DNA of 64,000 bases from Felis catus (lineage: Eukaryota): positions 93,870,001 to 93,934,000 of the forward strand of contig NC_058368.1 of assembly GCF_018350175.1 (NCBI RefSeq), given 5' to 3'. The translations under genes were made by a program, and so were the position numbers. A model generated the notes under the pieces. The model was not told where the DNA came from and did not search any database. It was given only the letters and a program-made list of their open reading frames with translations. Shown here piece after piece: positions 12,900-25,110 of this stretch. Within the stretch, counting starts at the first letter, position 1. Every line of letters starts with the position of its first letter.

Positions 12900-13050
12900 A
12901 ACAGTAGTAACAACTTAAATACATTATTCATAGGTAAGCTTTATTGAGAGCTTCTTATCCACTAGGCTCTGTTTCAACCCTTGGCACGTAATGTAACAAT
13001 GATCCTTACTACAATTATTATTACCCTCATTGTACAGACGAGGGGTCTGC
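12900..13050 (-). mobile_element. MIR SINE
   Basis: tttattgagagcttc..ttattattaccctcattgtacagacgagg. Confidence 0.7.
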
Positions 13051-13067
13051 AACATGTTGCTAGTCTT

Positions 13068-13295
13068 TTCTTTCTTTCTTTTTTAATTTTTTTAAAGTTT
13101 ATTTATCTTTGAGAGAGAGAGCCAGAGTGCAACCAGGGGAGGGGTAGAGAGAGAAGGAGACACAGAATCTGAAGCAGGCTTCAGGCTCCGAGCTGTCAGC
13201 ACAGAGCCCGACGCAGAGCTCAAACCCATGGACTGCGAGATCATGACCTGAGCCAAAGTCAGATGCTCAACCAACTGAGCCACCCAGGTGCCTCC
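13068..13295 (-). mobile_element. CAN-SINE
   Basis: Reverse SINEC. Confidence 0.94.
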
Positions 13296-13649
13296 AGAGT
13301 GACTAATCTTAAGCTCACATTATTCTTTACTACTTTTCCAATGTTGGAGCTTTATGGGCTGACATAAAGTGGAAAACCCTACTAAAGGCCCGACACGCTC
13401 AGTACAGAAACTTTCTGGCTTGCTCAAGAACCACACTGGACCCTGATCCACTGTGGTCTTGTTTCCTTGTCCAGTTTTTCCAAAGGCAGCCTGTGAGCTG
13501 CCAGCCTCACACTGACCTGGCCCCCAGGACAGAGAGCTATAGGGTCACGTGTGTTTATGGCCAATGGTGGGCATCACCTTTAACCCAAGCTAGCTAAGGA
13601 ACTGAATTATCTCCTTTACTGAACAATCTCATTGACTAGGCAGGAGAAG

Positions 13650-13780
13650 ACCATTGGTTAAGAACAAGAGAGAAGGCATTTTAGAGTCAGACAGGTTCAA
13701 ATCTCAAGCCTAGCACTTACTGGGTGTGATTATGGACAAGTAATTTAACCTCTGTCAGCCTCTGTTTCCCTCTACACGGC
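13650..13780 (+). mobile_element. MIR SINE
   Basis: tagagtcagacaggttcaaatctc..cacttactgggtgtg..taatttaacctctg. Confidence 0.75.
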
Positions 13781-14169
13781 AAAAAGATGAAAGGAATTGG
13801 GTTTTACCTGCAGCATGAAGAAGTAAAAAAAAAAAAAAAATCCATAGACTCAAGTTTCCCAGTCAGCATTTCTAACAGCTAGAAGGCTTTGCCAGAGAGG
13901 TTATGGAATCCTCCTTTCTATAAACCTTTACAACTATGACACAGCCCCGTTACTCAAAGAGGGGTTTCACTGAGACCTTCCCCCTTCTAGAGTGCAATCC
14001 CGATGGTCTGGGAAGGACTTACAGGTCTTCGGTCTCTAAACATCAATATCGGTGACACTCTTTTGCCTCTAATCTGTTTGTTTAACAAAAGTGAATGTTG
14101 ACATAATCACTTCCTTGTGTGCCTCTACCCGCATTCCAAACTTCCATGAGATGAAATAAAAATCAAGAC

Positions 14170-14270
14170 AGGTATTATATGCAGGTGATGAATCACTGAA
14201 CTCTGCTCATGAAATCGATACTGTACTGTACGTTACCTAACGAGAATTTAAATAAAAATTTGAAAAAGAA
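14170..14270 (+). mobile_element. Severely 5'-truncated L1 3' tip
   Basis: gatgaatcactgaactct..aatttaaataaaaatttgaaaa, flanked by an aaaaatcaaga repeat. Confidence 0.8.
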
Positions 14271-14366
14271 TAAAAAAATCAAGATGTTTTTATTTGAAAA
14301 TTGTTGGCCACTGCAGTTTCAAGACTGAGAAACTCCCTACTTAAACTTAAGATGTACCTGATAATC

Positions 14367-14553
14367 TTTTAAGTTTATTTATTTATTTGGGGGGGGGGGA
14401 GGGGCAGAGAGGGAGAGAGAGAGAATCTTAAGCAGGCATTGCATTGTCAGTGCAGAGCCTGACCTGGGGCTTGAACTCACAAACCATGAGATCGCGACCT
14501 GAGCCGAAACCAAGAGTCGGACACGTAGCTGACTGAGCCACCCAGGTGCCCCC
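14367..14553 (-). mobile_element. CAN-SINE
   Basis: Reverse SINEC; approximate TSD gata(a/g)tcttt. Confidence 0.93.
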
Positions 14554-15277
14554 GATAGTCTTTATCAGTGTGGCAAAAGGTACCAAATTACTTCTATGCA
14601 TCAATGAAATGATTAGGCAGAGGAAGGTGCAACGTGAGGAACGGTCGCATTAAACAAAACAACTTCTCAAAAACCTTTTCATTCCCTGAGCACTAAATCT
14701 CATGAATTGAGGCCTCGTCTACCTTTTGCGCCGGCCAGGAAACAGAGAGAAAGACAGGTGGACCAAAGTACAGAAGGTGCAGTACTGAATTTTAGGCACT
14801 CGTGAAGAGAGCCAGCCTGAGTAAGTGGATGAATCGGGCAGTGGTCAGTTCTACCGGGTGGCATTACTGCAGAGACTCAGCTCCAGGTTTTGGCCGGAGG
14901 GCAGACCGCACCCAGGAAGGGCTTTGGCTCAACAGTTGCCGGACGGAGAAAAGCACAGCCATATTCATCCCTCCCATGGCCCGGGTCTGCCAGACCACCT
15001 TCTGATGGCACCACCTAAGACTGTCGGGGAGGAACGTGCTACAGACAAGTGAGCAACCCTGACAATTCATTCCATTGTTCCAGAAATAGTGACCGTGTCC
15101 ACGCTTTGGGCTGTGCTGGGGATACAGGGTAAGTAAGGCCTCATCCATGCTCCCAGGGACTTGCGGTTCAGGAAGAAAAAAAACACAATTATAGAAGAAG
15201 GTACAACAGAGTTTGGGAATCATGATAGGGGAAATGGTGCGTAACAGGGGTCCTCACCTAGTCTGGGGTCAGGGAGT

Positions 15278-15962
15278 CATTAAAGAGGAACCAAGCTGGA
15301 CACGAGGTAAAGGTGGTCGAGGCAGGTTTGACTCAGTAACGACTGTAGGTGGGGAAAGAGATTTCAATGTGGACTGAGCTCAATTCCAAGTGCAGCAGTG
15401 ACAGCTGGGAATTTGGAGCCAGTAAGCAGAGTGAGGGGGGTCAGCGGATGGAAAATCACTAAGAGGAGACATCAACGGGTTGGGATTCTTGCTAAACTGG
15501 CCAAACAGGAGTTTTGCTACAGGCAGGCCAGGGGCTTTGGTGTCAAGGGTGGGGGATGAGGAGTGTGATCAGATACCAAGGGCCAGGGGCCTGGGGGAGT
15601 CTCACTAAATAGACTGAGCCAATTCTTGCTAAAACTAGACCTCAGCAGGCCACGGACAGAGCCCACGGTTGGGGCCTGGTCAAAAATGGGGACTCACAGG
15701 AGGATGTGTAAAGTATGGTCAAGAAGAGAGACTTTGTGGGGCACCTGGGTGGCCCAGTCAGTTAAGCATCCAACTCTTGATGTCAGCTCAGGTCACAAGC
15801 TCACAGTTCATAGGTTCGACCCCTGAGTTGACTGTACAGAGCCTGCCTGGGATTCTCCTTCCCCTTCTCTCTCCCTCTTTCTTTCTCTCTCTCTCTGAAC
15901 CTCCCCACTCTTGCTCTCTCTCTCTCTCTCTCTCTCTCTCAAAATAAATAAGTAAACTTAAA

Positions 15963-15994
<32 letters not shown>

Positions 15995-16447
15995 GGGCAC
16001 CTGAGTGGCTCAGTCGGTTAATTGTCCAACTCCTGGTTTCAGCTCAGGTCACAATCTCTCGGTTTGTGAGTTCAAGCCCCACACCAGGGCTCCCTGTTTC
16101 AGATTCTCTCTCTCCCTCTCTCTCTCTCTGCCCCTCCCCTGCTTGTGCTCTCTCTTTCTCTCAAAATAAATAAATAAACTTTAAAAAATAAAAAGAAGAA
16201 GGGGCACCTGGATGGCTCAGTCGGTTGAGCATCTGACTTCAGCTCAGGTCATGATCTCGTGGTCCGTGAGTTCGAGTTCCGCATCAGGCTCTGTGTTGAC
16301 AGCTCAGAGCCTGGAGCCTGCTTTGTATTCTGTCTCCCTCTCTCTCTGCCCCTCCCCCGCTCATGCTCTGTCTTTCTCTCTGCCAAAGATAAATAAATAT
16401 TTTTTTTAAAATTAAAAAAAAAAAGAAGAAGAAGAGAGACTTTGTCA
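15278..16447 (-). mobile_element. MER31-like (ERV1) solo LTR interrupted by three SINEs
   Basis: Reverse strand begins TGACAAAGTCTCTCTTCTTGACC; repeated ttcttgctaaa motifs; 4-bp TSD GAGT (15274-15277 and 16448-16451). Confidence 0.8.
15738..16428 (+). mobile_element. Three tandem CAN-SINEs (starting 15738, about 15994 and 16201)
   Basis: Three heads, enclosed by the 17-bp TSD aagaagagagactttgt. Confidence 0.95.
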
Positions 16448-17314
16448 GAGTTCTTCTTGCAGAAAGGTACATTTAGCCTGCAGGCTGAAGGCTGAAAACA
16501 GTGCCTGAGGGCAGATCTCCAAGCGTAGAGAAGGGCAAGTGTGAATGCCCCAGATTCCGCGTATCTGGCAAAGTAGACAAAGCTGGTTATGTCGGCAGAT
16601 GAAGTCTGGGGCAGAGGATAGGAAGTGAGACTAGAAACAGAAGCAAGAGAGATTCTGCAGCCTTTGCAAATGGTGCCAGAACATGAGATTTGTACTAAGG
16701 CCCCGTGGGGGGAGGGGGGGAGGTTTAACTGGGGGAGTGAGAGAGTGATTTTTCTAGTTTGCAGGCTGGCAGGCAGAGTGGAGAGGCAAGGCAGGAGGCA
16801 GGGAGTCCAGCTGAGCAAGTGCTAGAGTAACTGGGTGTGAGTTAATACAGCTGGATGAGGGAGGCCGCCAGGAGCTGGAGAGAAATGCAAAGATTAAGAC
16901 AGTCTTTGATCAGGAATAGTGGGACTTGACTTAGTGGCATGATTCAATGGCAGGAGAGAGAAAGGCGGGAGTCGAGAACAACCCAAGGCATTCTGACTTT
17001 GGCTACTGGATAGAAATTGAAGTTAGTAACACTGGTGGAAGAAAAGCTAGTAGGGGAAGATGATCATTAGCTTGACACACATTGGGTTTGACTTGTAAGA
17101 CGTTCAAGTCTGGAGCTCAGGCACGGAAACCCTGTCATCCTCAGTTCTGACGGTGCCTTGCATTGTCCCTTGAGGGCTGACGTGGCGGCCTCCTGTCATT
17201 TCCTCGCTGATTATCAGGGACTTGTTCTGAGGGCTCACCTAGAGCAGGCAAGGTGGATGCCCAGGAGAGAGACGTTGGAGAAAGTGTAGCGAGGAGAGAA
17301 AGAATAATGGGAGG

Positions 17315-17532
17315 GGGGTACCTGGGTGGCTCAGTCAGTTAAGCCTCCGACTTCGGCTCAGGTCATGATCTCACGGTTCGTGAGTTTGAGCCCCGTGTCG
17401 GGCTCTGTGCTGACAGCTCAGAGCCTAGAGCCTGCTTCGGATTCTGTGTCTCCTCTTTCTCTGTCCCTCCCCAGCTTGCACCCTGTCTCTCTCAAAAATA
17501 AATAAACATTAAAAAAAAATTTTTTTTTTAAA
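17315..17532 (+). mobile_element. CAN-SINE
   Basis: TSD agaaaga(a/g)taatggga. Confidence 0.95.
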
Positions 17533-17746
17533 GAAAGAGTAATGGGAGGGGCGGCCAGTGAAAAGAGAATGTAGGAAGCATCAAAAGGGATAATTCCTTC
17601 CTCTTTTCCCTCTTATCTTTCTAGAACCTTGCCCAGTCCCGCTTCTAAGAACAAAGTCCAGGAGGTGTCATACACTTTCTAGGAATTCACACACCAAGAG
17701 TATGATTAATAGCCTATAGGAAACCTGTCTACAAAGAACTCAGCTC

Positions 17747-17997
17747 AGGGGCACCTGAGTGGCTCAGTTCGTTAAGCATCCAACTCTTGGTTTTAGCTTA
17801 GGTCACGATCTCATGGGTTCATGAGTTAAAGCCCCACACTGAGCACTGCACTGACAATGTGGAGCCTGCTTGGGATTCTCTCTTTCCCTCTGTCTGTGTC
17901 CCTCCCCTGCTCACGTGCACTCTCTCTATAAACAAACAAACAAACTTAAAAAAAAAAGATAGGTTATCTTAAAAAGCAAAACAAACAAACAAAAAAC
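17747..17997 (+). mobile_element. CAN-SINE
   Basis: TSD caaagaac(t/c)cagctca. Confidence 0.94.
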
Positions 17998-18353
17998 AAA
18001 GAACCCAGCTCATAAAGTGATTTGGAGGCAATTTACCAGTAGGATTAAGATGCTTTCCCATATACATTCGTCAACTTGGACAGAAGCATCAAGTTGGGTG
18101 AAGAGGGCAAGATGCATGATGAAACAGAAATACTGAAAATCCTCTTACAGAGATACTATGGAGAGAGCTAGTTGTTACCTGAAGGGAAGGAGGGAGGAGA
18201 AGGGGGTGATGGAGACATATTCGTATTTCTCCGTACCTCAACCACATCAATAATGATTAGTTAAAATTAAGAGCTCATGCCTATTTGGCAAAGTGTTAAC
18301 ATCTGTTAAACCTGGGAGCTTGGCAGATGTATTTATGTAAAATATTTCATTAA

Positions 18354-18570
18354 GGGGCACCTGGGTGGCTCAGTCAGTTGAGCATCTGACTTCGGTTCAG
18401 GTCATGATCTTATGGTATGTGGGTTCGAGCCCCGCGTTGGGCTCTGTGCCGACAGCTCAGAGCCTGGAGCCTGCTTCGGATTCTGTGTCCCCCTCTCTCT
18501 CTGCCCCTCCCCCACTCATGCACACTCTCTCTCAACTAAACATTTAAAATAATAATAAAATTATTAAAAT
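18354..18570 (+). mobile_element. CAN-SINE
   Basis: Full SINEC. Confidence 0.94.
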
Positions 18571-18599
18571 GGCTGTACACTGTATCTTTCTTACACAAG

Positions 18600-19210
18600 A
18601 ACTCCAAATAATATACATAGATACTCCCCACCCCTCCAGGAGGTGGCACTTAACCCCACCCTTCCCAAGGGTGGGCTGGGCTTAGTGAAACAGTTCCAAA
18701 GACTAGACAGAGGAGAGAAAGGGATAAACAGGACCCGTACACTGGAGAAAACTGGTAGATACCACCTTCACCAGGTGACGAAGGTTAACATCACCAGACA
18801 TATCAGATGGTATCATGTAACCCTCATATGATGTGACAAGAAGGGCCCTTCACTTCTCGTGGTACCCTTTCCAAAAACCCAGTTAATCACGTGAAAACAA
18901 CAGACCCACTCTCAGGGCACCTGGCCAGTACTCAAGACTGTCAGCTATTAAAAAGAAAGCAAGAATGAGAAACCACCGTCAGATACCAGAGGACACATAC
19001 AGGAGACAGTGAAATCTGAATTAAGTCTGGAGTGTAGTTAACAGTAACGTACGAGGGTTGGTTTCTCAGTTGGGACAAACGTACCTGGGTTATGTAAGCT
19101 GTTACCAATAGGGGGACACTGGCTGATAGGGGATATATGAAATCGCTCTGTCCTATCAATGCAGCTTTTCTATACCTCTGACATTATTCCATCAGAAAAG
19201 TTTATTTGTG
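18600..19210 (+). mobile_element. Ancient L1MC/MD-type 3' UTR
   Basis: ggagaaaactggtagataccacc..aaggttaacatcacc..gcagcttttctatacctctgacattattcc. Confidence 0.75.
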
Positions 19211-19227
19211 AAAGAAGGACTGCGCGT

Positions 19228-19448
19228 AGGGCGCCTGGGTGGCTCAGTTGGTTAAGCGTCCGACTTCAGCTCAGGTTATGATCTCACAGCTCATGAGTTC
19301 AAGGTCTACATCGGGCTCTGTGCTGACAGCACGGAGCCTGCTTGGATCCTCTGCCTCTCTCTGTCTCTGTCTCTCTCTCTCTCTCAGCCCCTAACCCTCC
19401 CTCAAAAGTAAACATTAAAAAAATTCTGTTAATAAAAATATTTTTAGC
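19228..19448 (+). mobile_element. CAN-SINE
   Basis: Flanking aaggactg repeat. Confidence 0.93.
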
Positions 19449-19556
19449 AAAGGACTGTGTGCCATCAAGAACCCTCCCTCTCAAAATGAAACCAGCGAGG
19501 AGTCAGGTGTGCCTTTGGGAATCACAACACATTATGAAAGTACAATGCGGGTGGGG

Positions 19557-19630
19557 AGGGCGCCTAGATGGCTCAGTCAAGAGTCAGTGTCCGACTCCTG
19601 ATCTCAGCTCAGGTCTTGCTCTCAGGGTTT
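19557..19630 (+). mobile_element. CAN-SINE head fragment
   Basis: gggcgcctagatggctcagtc..tctcagctcaggtcttg. Confidence 0.75.
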
Positions 19631-19941
19631 CAGAAAACTGAAACCAACCCTTCAATCACAAAAAAATAGATTAATACTTTCAACTGTTGTTTAATGGCGA
19701 GCTTTCACAAGTGGATGATAAAGTTCCCTGCCCTTTGAACAGAGGACACTAACTGTAACTGAATCCTTTCTAGGTGAGTCAGGGTCACGGGGGAGGACGG
19801 CTGTGAGTTCGTCACACCACACCACAAACGGTCGGTTCTGCCTTTCATCTTCCTCACTGCGGTAGGGTGCAGGAGACACAGAGGCCAGCCGCCACAGCTA
19901 AGACATGGCTATGAAAAGGCCAAATAAGATGGATGTGGATT

Positions 19942-20146
19942 GGGTGCCTGGGTGGCTCGGTCAGTTACGCGTCCGACTTCAGTTCAGGTCATGATCTCAC
20001 GGTCTGTGAGTTTGAGACACGCGTCCGGCTCGGAGCTGACAGTACGGAGCCTGCTTGGGATTCTGTGTCTCCCTCTCTCTCTGCCCCTCCCTGACTTGCT
20101 CTGTCTCTCTCTCAAAAATAAGTAAATAAATTTAATGAAAAAAAAT
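19942..20146 (+). mobile_element. CAN-SINE
   Basis: TSD atggatgtggatt. Confidence 0.95.
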
Positions 20147-21119
20147 ATGGATGTGGATTAAGACATCATAACCTCATGTGAACCAGCACCCTAAACAAGC
20201 AATTTAGCTGAGGACAGCAGCTGGCAGTTGATTTTCCCATATATCTATTATTTTCCATCTCGGGGTTAGAAACACAGTTACTGTAGTTTGCTGAATGCGA
20301 AGCCTGTCCTCTGAACAACCGAAGACACCACAGTCCCTGCGTACCTCATGCCAGGCCTGGGAAGCAGGTGCAGGTGAGGGGTTAACTCATTGGTATCTTC
20401 ATGAGGGAGTTCAAATTGTGACCTTGTCTGGCTCTACTCAGAGAATATTTTGTTGGTGGTGTATATCACGGGGGGATTCTTGGGTTTCTGTTACACGGAG
20501 GAGTGTCTCATAAACCCAAAGCAGTATGACGTGAGCCAGGGTGATAAGCAGCCAGAGAAGGGAAGTCTTTTCTTCAACCTTCTCCCAGGACCACGTGCCT
20601 CTCGCCCTTCCTGGAATCCAACAAACACCACCTCACAGCCCTGTCAAGCGATGGGGTCCCCTCTGGAAAATGGACTTCACCCCACTCTCTGAGACAGCTT
20701 TTCACTCAGTCAGCCCCCCAACCTTTACTTAATCTCACACGAAGACGGCATATAGCACCTTCCCCAAATCTCTTTTTCTTGAATGACCTCAAAAAAGAGC
20801 CATAAAAATGACATGATGGGTTGTTTTCACCCTATAAGCAAGAGAGATAGCTATCTCTAAAATCAAGATTTGGGGACAGGAGATATTTAACGAGAAATGA
20901 GGGTGTTCAAGAAGCTTCCCATACAATGTCCATCTTGTCAGTTGTTTGCTGGAGAGAGGACTCAAGCTTCCATTAACATCGCAGATAGAAATAAACGAGG
21001 CCAGGTTTTGACCTGAAATTAGTGGTCAGCTAACTAATCTTAAACAAAAGACATTTTCACATCCACACTATGTCCCCATTCCTCTAGGAAAGACTGCAAA
21101 GATCTATACTCCTCTTAGG

Positions 21120-21675
21120 GCAGGATTTTGCAATTTTCAGTACAATTCAAATTTGGGGACCTGATAATCCTTTGCTATGGAGGGCTGTCCTGTGGGCTGC
21201 CGGAAGTTGAGCAGCTAGGGTTGCTAGAGGTAGCAGATTAAAATGTAAGGGTCTTGGGGTGCCTACGTGGCTCTGTCGGTTAAGCGTCCGTCTGAGCTGA
21301 CAGCTCAGAGCCTGGAGCCTGCTTGGGATTCTGTGTCTCCCTCTCTCTCTGCCCTTCCCCTGCTAAGTACTCAGTGTCTCTCTGTCAAAAATGAATAAAC
21401 GTTAAAAAAAAAATTTGTAATGTAATGGTCTCAGTTAAATGTGAATTTCAAATAAATGACAAGATGGTTTTTTGTTTTTTTGTTTTTTTTGTTTTTTTTA
21501 GTATAGGTACGTCCCATGAAATATTCACAGCATCCCTGGTCTCTATCCACTAGATGCCAGTAGCATTACCCACCCCAGCCCTGGCCTCAGTTCTGACAAC
21601 TAAAAATATCACCAGACATTGCCAAACGTCCCCTTGTGGGGAGGGGCAAGACTGCCTCCGGTGGAGAGCCGCTGA
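21120..21675 (-). mobile_element. MER20 hAT fossil interrupted by a MER53-like half element and a SINE
   Basis: gggctgtcctgtg..cagcatccctggtctctatccactagatgccagtagca..ccagacattgccaaacgtcccc matches reverse MER20. Confidence 0.85.
21216..21527. mobile_element. MER53-like element (one arm) containing an internally deleted CAN-SINE at about 21256-21418
   Basis: agggttgctaga..cagttaaatgtgaatttcaaataaa..ttagtataggtacgtcccatg; SINE TSD aatgtaa(g/t)ggtct. Confidence 0.75.
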
Positions 21676-21825
21676 TTCAGGACAACACAACAGAACGCTT
21701 CAAATCCGAGTCCCTTTATCTTAGCTTTCAGAAGTAATCTGAATCTACTGGCTAAAGTATCAGCGAAAGAACCGAGACACTCTTCCACACGTCTTAAACA
21801 TTTTGAAAATATTACTACTTTGCTA

Positions 21826-21839
21826 TTTATTTATTTATT

Positions 21840-21888
<49 letters not shown>

Positions 21889-22056
21889 AAGAGAGAGAAT
21901 GCAAATGGGGGAGGGGCAGAGAGAGAAAATCCAAAGCAGGTTCTGTACTGTCAGTGCCAAGCCTGACACAGCGCTCGAACCCACGCACCTCGAGATCATG
22001 ACCTGAGCCGAAATCAGGCATCGGATGCTTAACCGACTGAGCTACCCAGGAGCCCC
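21826..22056 (-). mobile_element. CAN-SINE
   Basis: Reverse SINEC with long (GA)n. Confidence 0.94.
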
Positions 22057-22370
22057 TCTTTATTTTGCTTTTTAATGTCCTTTGGAATCAATCTCTTCTG
22101 GCCTTTCATGCCGGGTAAACTCTTGGCTCTCTTTCCGAATTAGCAGGCTCATTTTGATCAGATGATATAAATTACGAAACCTGCCATATTCTCCTTTTTC
22201 CTTCACAGCTAGAAAGCTTAGCGGTAAAATTAATGCACAGTTGGAGAAATCACCTGAGCTCACCTGGCCCGTATTTTATTATTTTTTCAAACAAACAGCT
22301 ACACAGTGGCTTTTGTATGCACATATATTTTAAACGCTTTACACATATTAACTTCTTGAATTCCTATCAC

Positions 22371-22594
22371 TTCTTTTTAAAATTTTTTTTTAACGTTTAT
22401 TTATTTTTGAGACAGAGAGAGACAGAGCATGAACGGGGGAGGGGCAGAGAGAGAGGGAGACACAGAATCAGAAGCAGGCTCCAGGCTCTGAGCCATCAGC
22501 CCAGAGCCCTACACGGGGCTCGAACTCACGGACCGCGAGATCGTGACCTGAGCCGAAGTCGGACACTCAACCGACTGAGCCACCCAGGCGCCCC
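22371..22594 (-). mobile_element. SINEC_Fc inserted in a MIR (about 22290-22672)
   Basis: Perfect TSD ttgaattcctatcact. Confidence 0.95.
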
Positions 22595-22719
22595 TTGAAT
22601 TCCTATCACTACTTAATTACCTTATGGGTACGTGCTATTATTATCCTCCCTTTCAGGATACAAAACTGAGGTCCCTTTTTGGGTATTTTTGTAAATTATT
22701 TCCTCTTTCATGACTGTCC

Positions 22720-23240
22720 TTTTTGTATATGGAAGCCCCCTCCCATCCTGTTTGGAAGCTGATCGCACACCGAGACCACTTTGGACTCTCAGCCTCGCCT
22801 GTCTCTAGTTTCAAACTCTACCATGGCAACCAGCCCCAACTGCTTCTTCCAGGCTCACCCTCCCAGAGCCCAGCCTCGTGCCCATGCAGCACCTCTCACC
22901 TCGCATCTTGGCTTCCCTGTTAACACCAAGATGGGGGACACCAAGGGACCCTGCTTCAGAGCCCAGAATCGCGCAGCCCAGAACTGCAGGGGAATTAACA
23001 CCTCATGGTGTGAGTGTTGTGCGACGGGAGATGGAAACTGGTAGATAAATTTATTCTTTTTTTTTTTTCACTCCAGGCTGTTCTGAGATGCAGCTTTTCA
23101 GAGAGGGTGCTGAAATAAAGCCACTGGCAATACTTAGTGGCAACCAGCTCACTTATCTCTCTGCTCAAATGTCTCTCCTTCTCTCTGCCTCGTTCCTACA
23201 TCACCTATTCTCTGGCTTCTGCTCCCCGATATTGTGCTCC
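22720..23240 (+). mobile_element. Probable LTR16-like (ERVL) LTR
   Basis: cagcccagaactgcaggggaattaacacc..ggaaactggtagataaat..agtggcaaccagctca. Confidence 0.6.
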
Positions 23241-23420
23241 TGACAAAGCAGCAGAAACACACTATTATTCGGCTCTGCTCTCTAAGGAATCCAGACTACA
23301 ACACTTAGAAATAATTACAAATAAAATCACACTGGAAGGACGTTTATCTACTTACTTTCATTAACTTCAGAGTCAGCAATATTTATTGTGGTCCAATCCG
23401 AATAGAATTCTGGAATGTTA

Positions 23421-23636
23421 GGGGCGCTTGCGTGACTCAGTCGGTTAAGCGTCCGACTTCAGCTCAGGTCATGATCTCACAGTTCTTGGGTTCAAGCCTT
23501 ACGTGGGCTCTGTGCTGACAGCTCAGAGGCTGGAGCCTGCTTCAAATTCTGCATCTCCCTCTCTCTCTGCTCCTCCCCCAGTCACATTCTCTCTCTCTCT
23601 CTCAAAAACAAATAAACATTAAAAAAAAATTTTTTT
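23421..23636 (+). mobile_element. CAN-SINE
   Basis: TSD tagaattctggaa. Confidence 0.95.
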
Positions 23637-23679
23637 TAGAATTCTGGAACATTCTCCCTAGCAGGACGTTTAAGAGTCA

Positions 23680-23970
23680 ACCCCATTATTTTTACAGCTG
23701 AGAATACCAAGACCCAAAGAGGGAAGAGGATCGCTCCAAATCACATGCCTTGGTAGTGCTGTGTGAATATAGCACATTTAGTTGAGTGTCCACAGGGTCA
23801 GATTGCCATACCAATTATTTCACTTCATGCTTGAAAACTGGGGGGTTAGCATGATTGTCCCCATTTTGTGCATAAGAAACAGAGGCTCAGAAAAAGTGCA
23901 GTAAAATGTTCAAGGTCACCATGTTAGCAAAATGGTAGAGTCCGGTGTACATGAGGCCTCCAAACTGGTT
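23680..23970 (-). mobile_element. Two MIR fragments
   Basis: attttacagctgagaa..; ccccattttgtgcataagaaacagaggctcagaaaaag..caaggtcac. Confidence 0.7.
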
Positions 23971-24051
23971 CTTTCCCCAACTGCCTCCTGGCCATTCTGG
24001 GAGTCAGGCAGAAAAACACACCTGACCTTCGGAGCAAAAGGCAAAACACAC

Positions 24052-24182
24052 CTGCTTCAGAGCAGCTTCCAGGCTCTGAGCTGTCAGCACAGAGCCTGAC
24101 TCGGAGTTTAAACTCGTGAACCACAAAATCAATGACCTGAGCGAAGTCAGACACTTAATCGACTGAACCACCCAGGCGCCCC
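24052..24182 (-). mobile_element. CAN-SINE 5' half
   Basis: Head and body without (CT)n tail. Confidence 0.88.
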
Positions 24183-24363
24183 GAGGTATTGTACTCTCCG
24201 ACAACAGTGTGTGTATACAGTAAGTGCTTAATAAATGTTAGCCAACACCAGTTCTCCGGAATCAAAGATGCCTTCCGAAAACAACATCAGCTTCTCTTCT
24301 GTAGGTGCTTACTAAGTGCCAAGCGTGGTGCTAAGCATTTTCCATAGAAGAAGGAATCTCTTC

Positions 24364-24846
24364 TTTTTTTCTTTTTCTCTTATTTTTCAAAGTGTATTTT
24401 TATTTATTTTAAGAAAGAAATAGAGAGCAAATGGGGGAGGGACAGAGAGAGAGAGAGAGGGAGAGAGGATCCTAAGCAGGTTCCATGCTGTCAGCACAGA
24501 GCCTAACACAGGGCTCGAACTCATGAACCATGATATCATGACCTGAGCCAGAACCAAGAGTCGGATGTTTAAACGACTGAGCCACCCAGGCACCCCTATT
24601 TTATGTTTTCTTGCAAGATTTTATTTAAATTCAAGTTAGTTAACATATAGTGTAGTATTGGTTTCAGAGGTAGAATTTAGTGACTCATCACTTCCATACA
24701 ACACCCAGTGCTCATCCCAACAAGTGTCCTCCTTAATGCCCGTCACCCATCCCCCCACCCCCACCCCCATCAACCCTGTTTGTTCCCTATAGTTAAGAGT
24801 CTCTTATGGTTTCCCTCCCTCTCTGTTTTTATCTTATTTTATTTTT
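24364..24846 (-). mobile_element. L1 3' fragment (about 24600-24846) with a CAN-SINE (about 24364-24595) in its tail
   Basis: catacaacacccagtgctcatcccaacaag; both enclosed by TSD gaaggaatctcttct. Confidence 0.92.
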
Positions 24847-25009
24847 GAAGGAATCTCTTCTGACCATCCTAACCTCATGAGGGAGGAAGATGAAGGGGAA
24901 TGTCTACCCTCTCCTCTTCATTTCTTATCGCTTCTATCAATAGTTAACAAATGTCAGTCATTTATGTACTCACTTGTTGGACTTCGCCGTATCTATGTGC
25001 CAGTTTTAA

Positions 25010-25110
25010 TTTTTTTTTTTAAGTAAACTCTACCTCCAAGATGGGCTTTGACCTCATAACCCTGAGACCAAGAGTCACATGCTCTACAGATGGAGCCAGC
25101 CAGGCGCTGC
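25010..25110 (-). mobile_element. Short old tRNA-derived carnivore SINE
   Basis: ccctgagaccaagagtcacatgctctacagatggagccagccaggcg; flanking ccagttttaa repeat. Confidence 0.85.

Larger units (their letters stand above)
15060..17120 (-). mobile_element. L2 LINE fossil split by an LTR insertion (pieces about 15060-15277 and 16448-17120)
   Basis: Typical antisense L2 3' text: tgtgctggggatacag, gtctggggtcagggag, ggagctggagagaa, caagtctggagctcagg. Confidence 0.7.
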
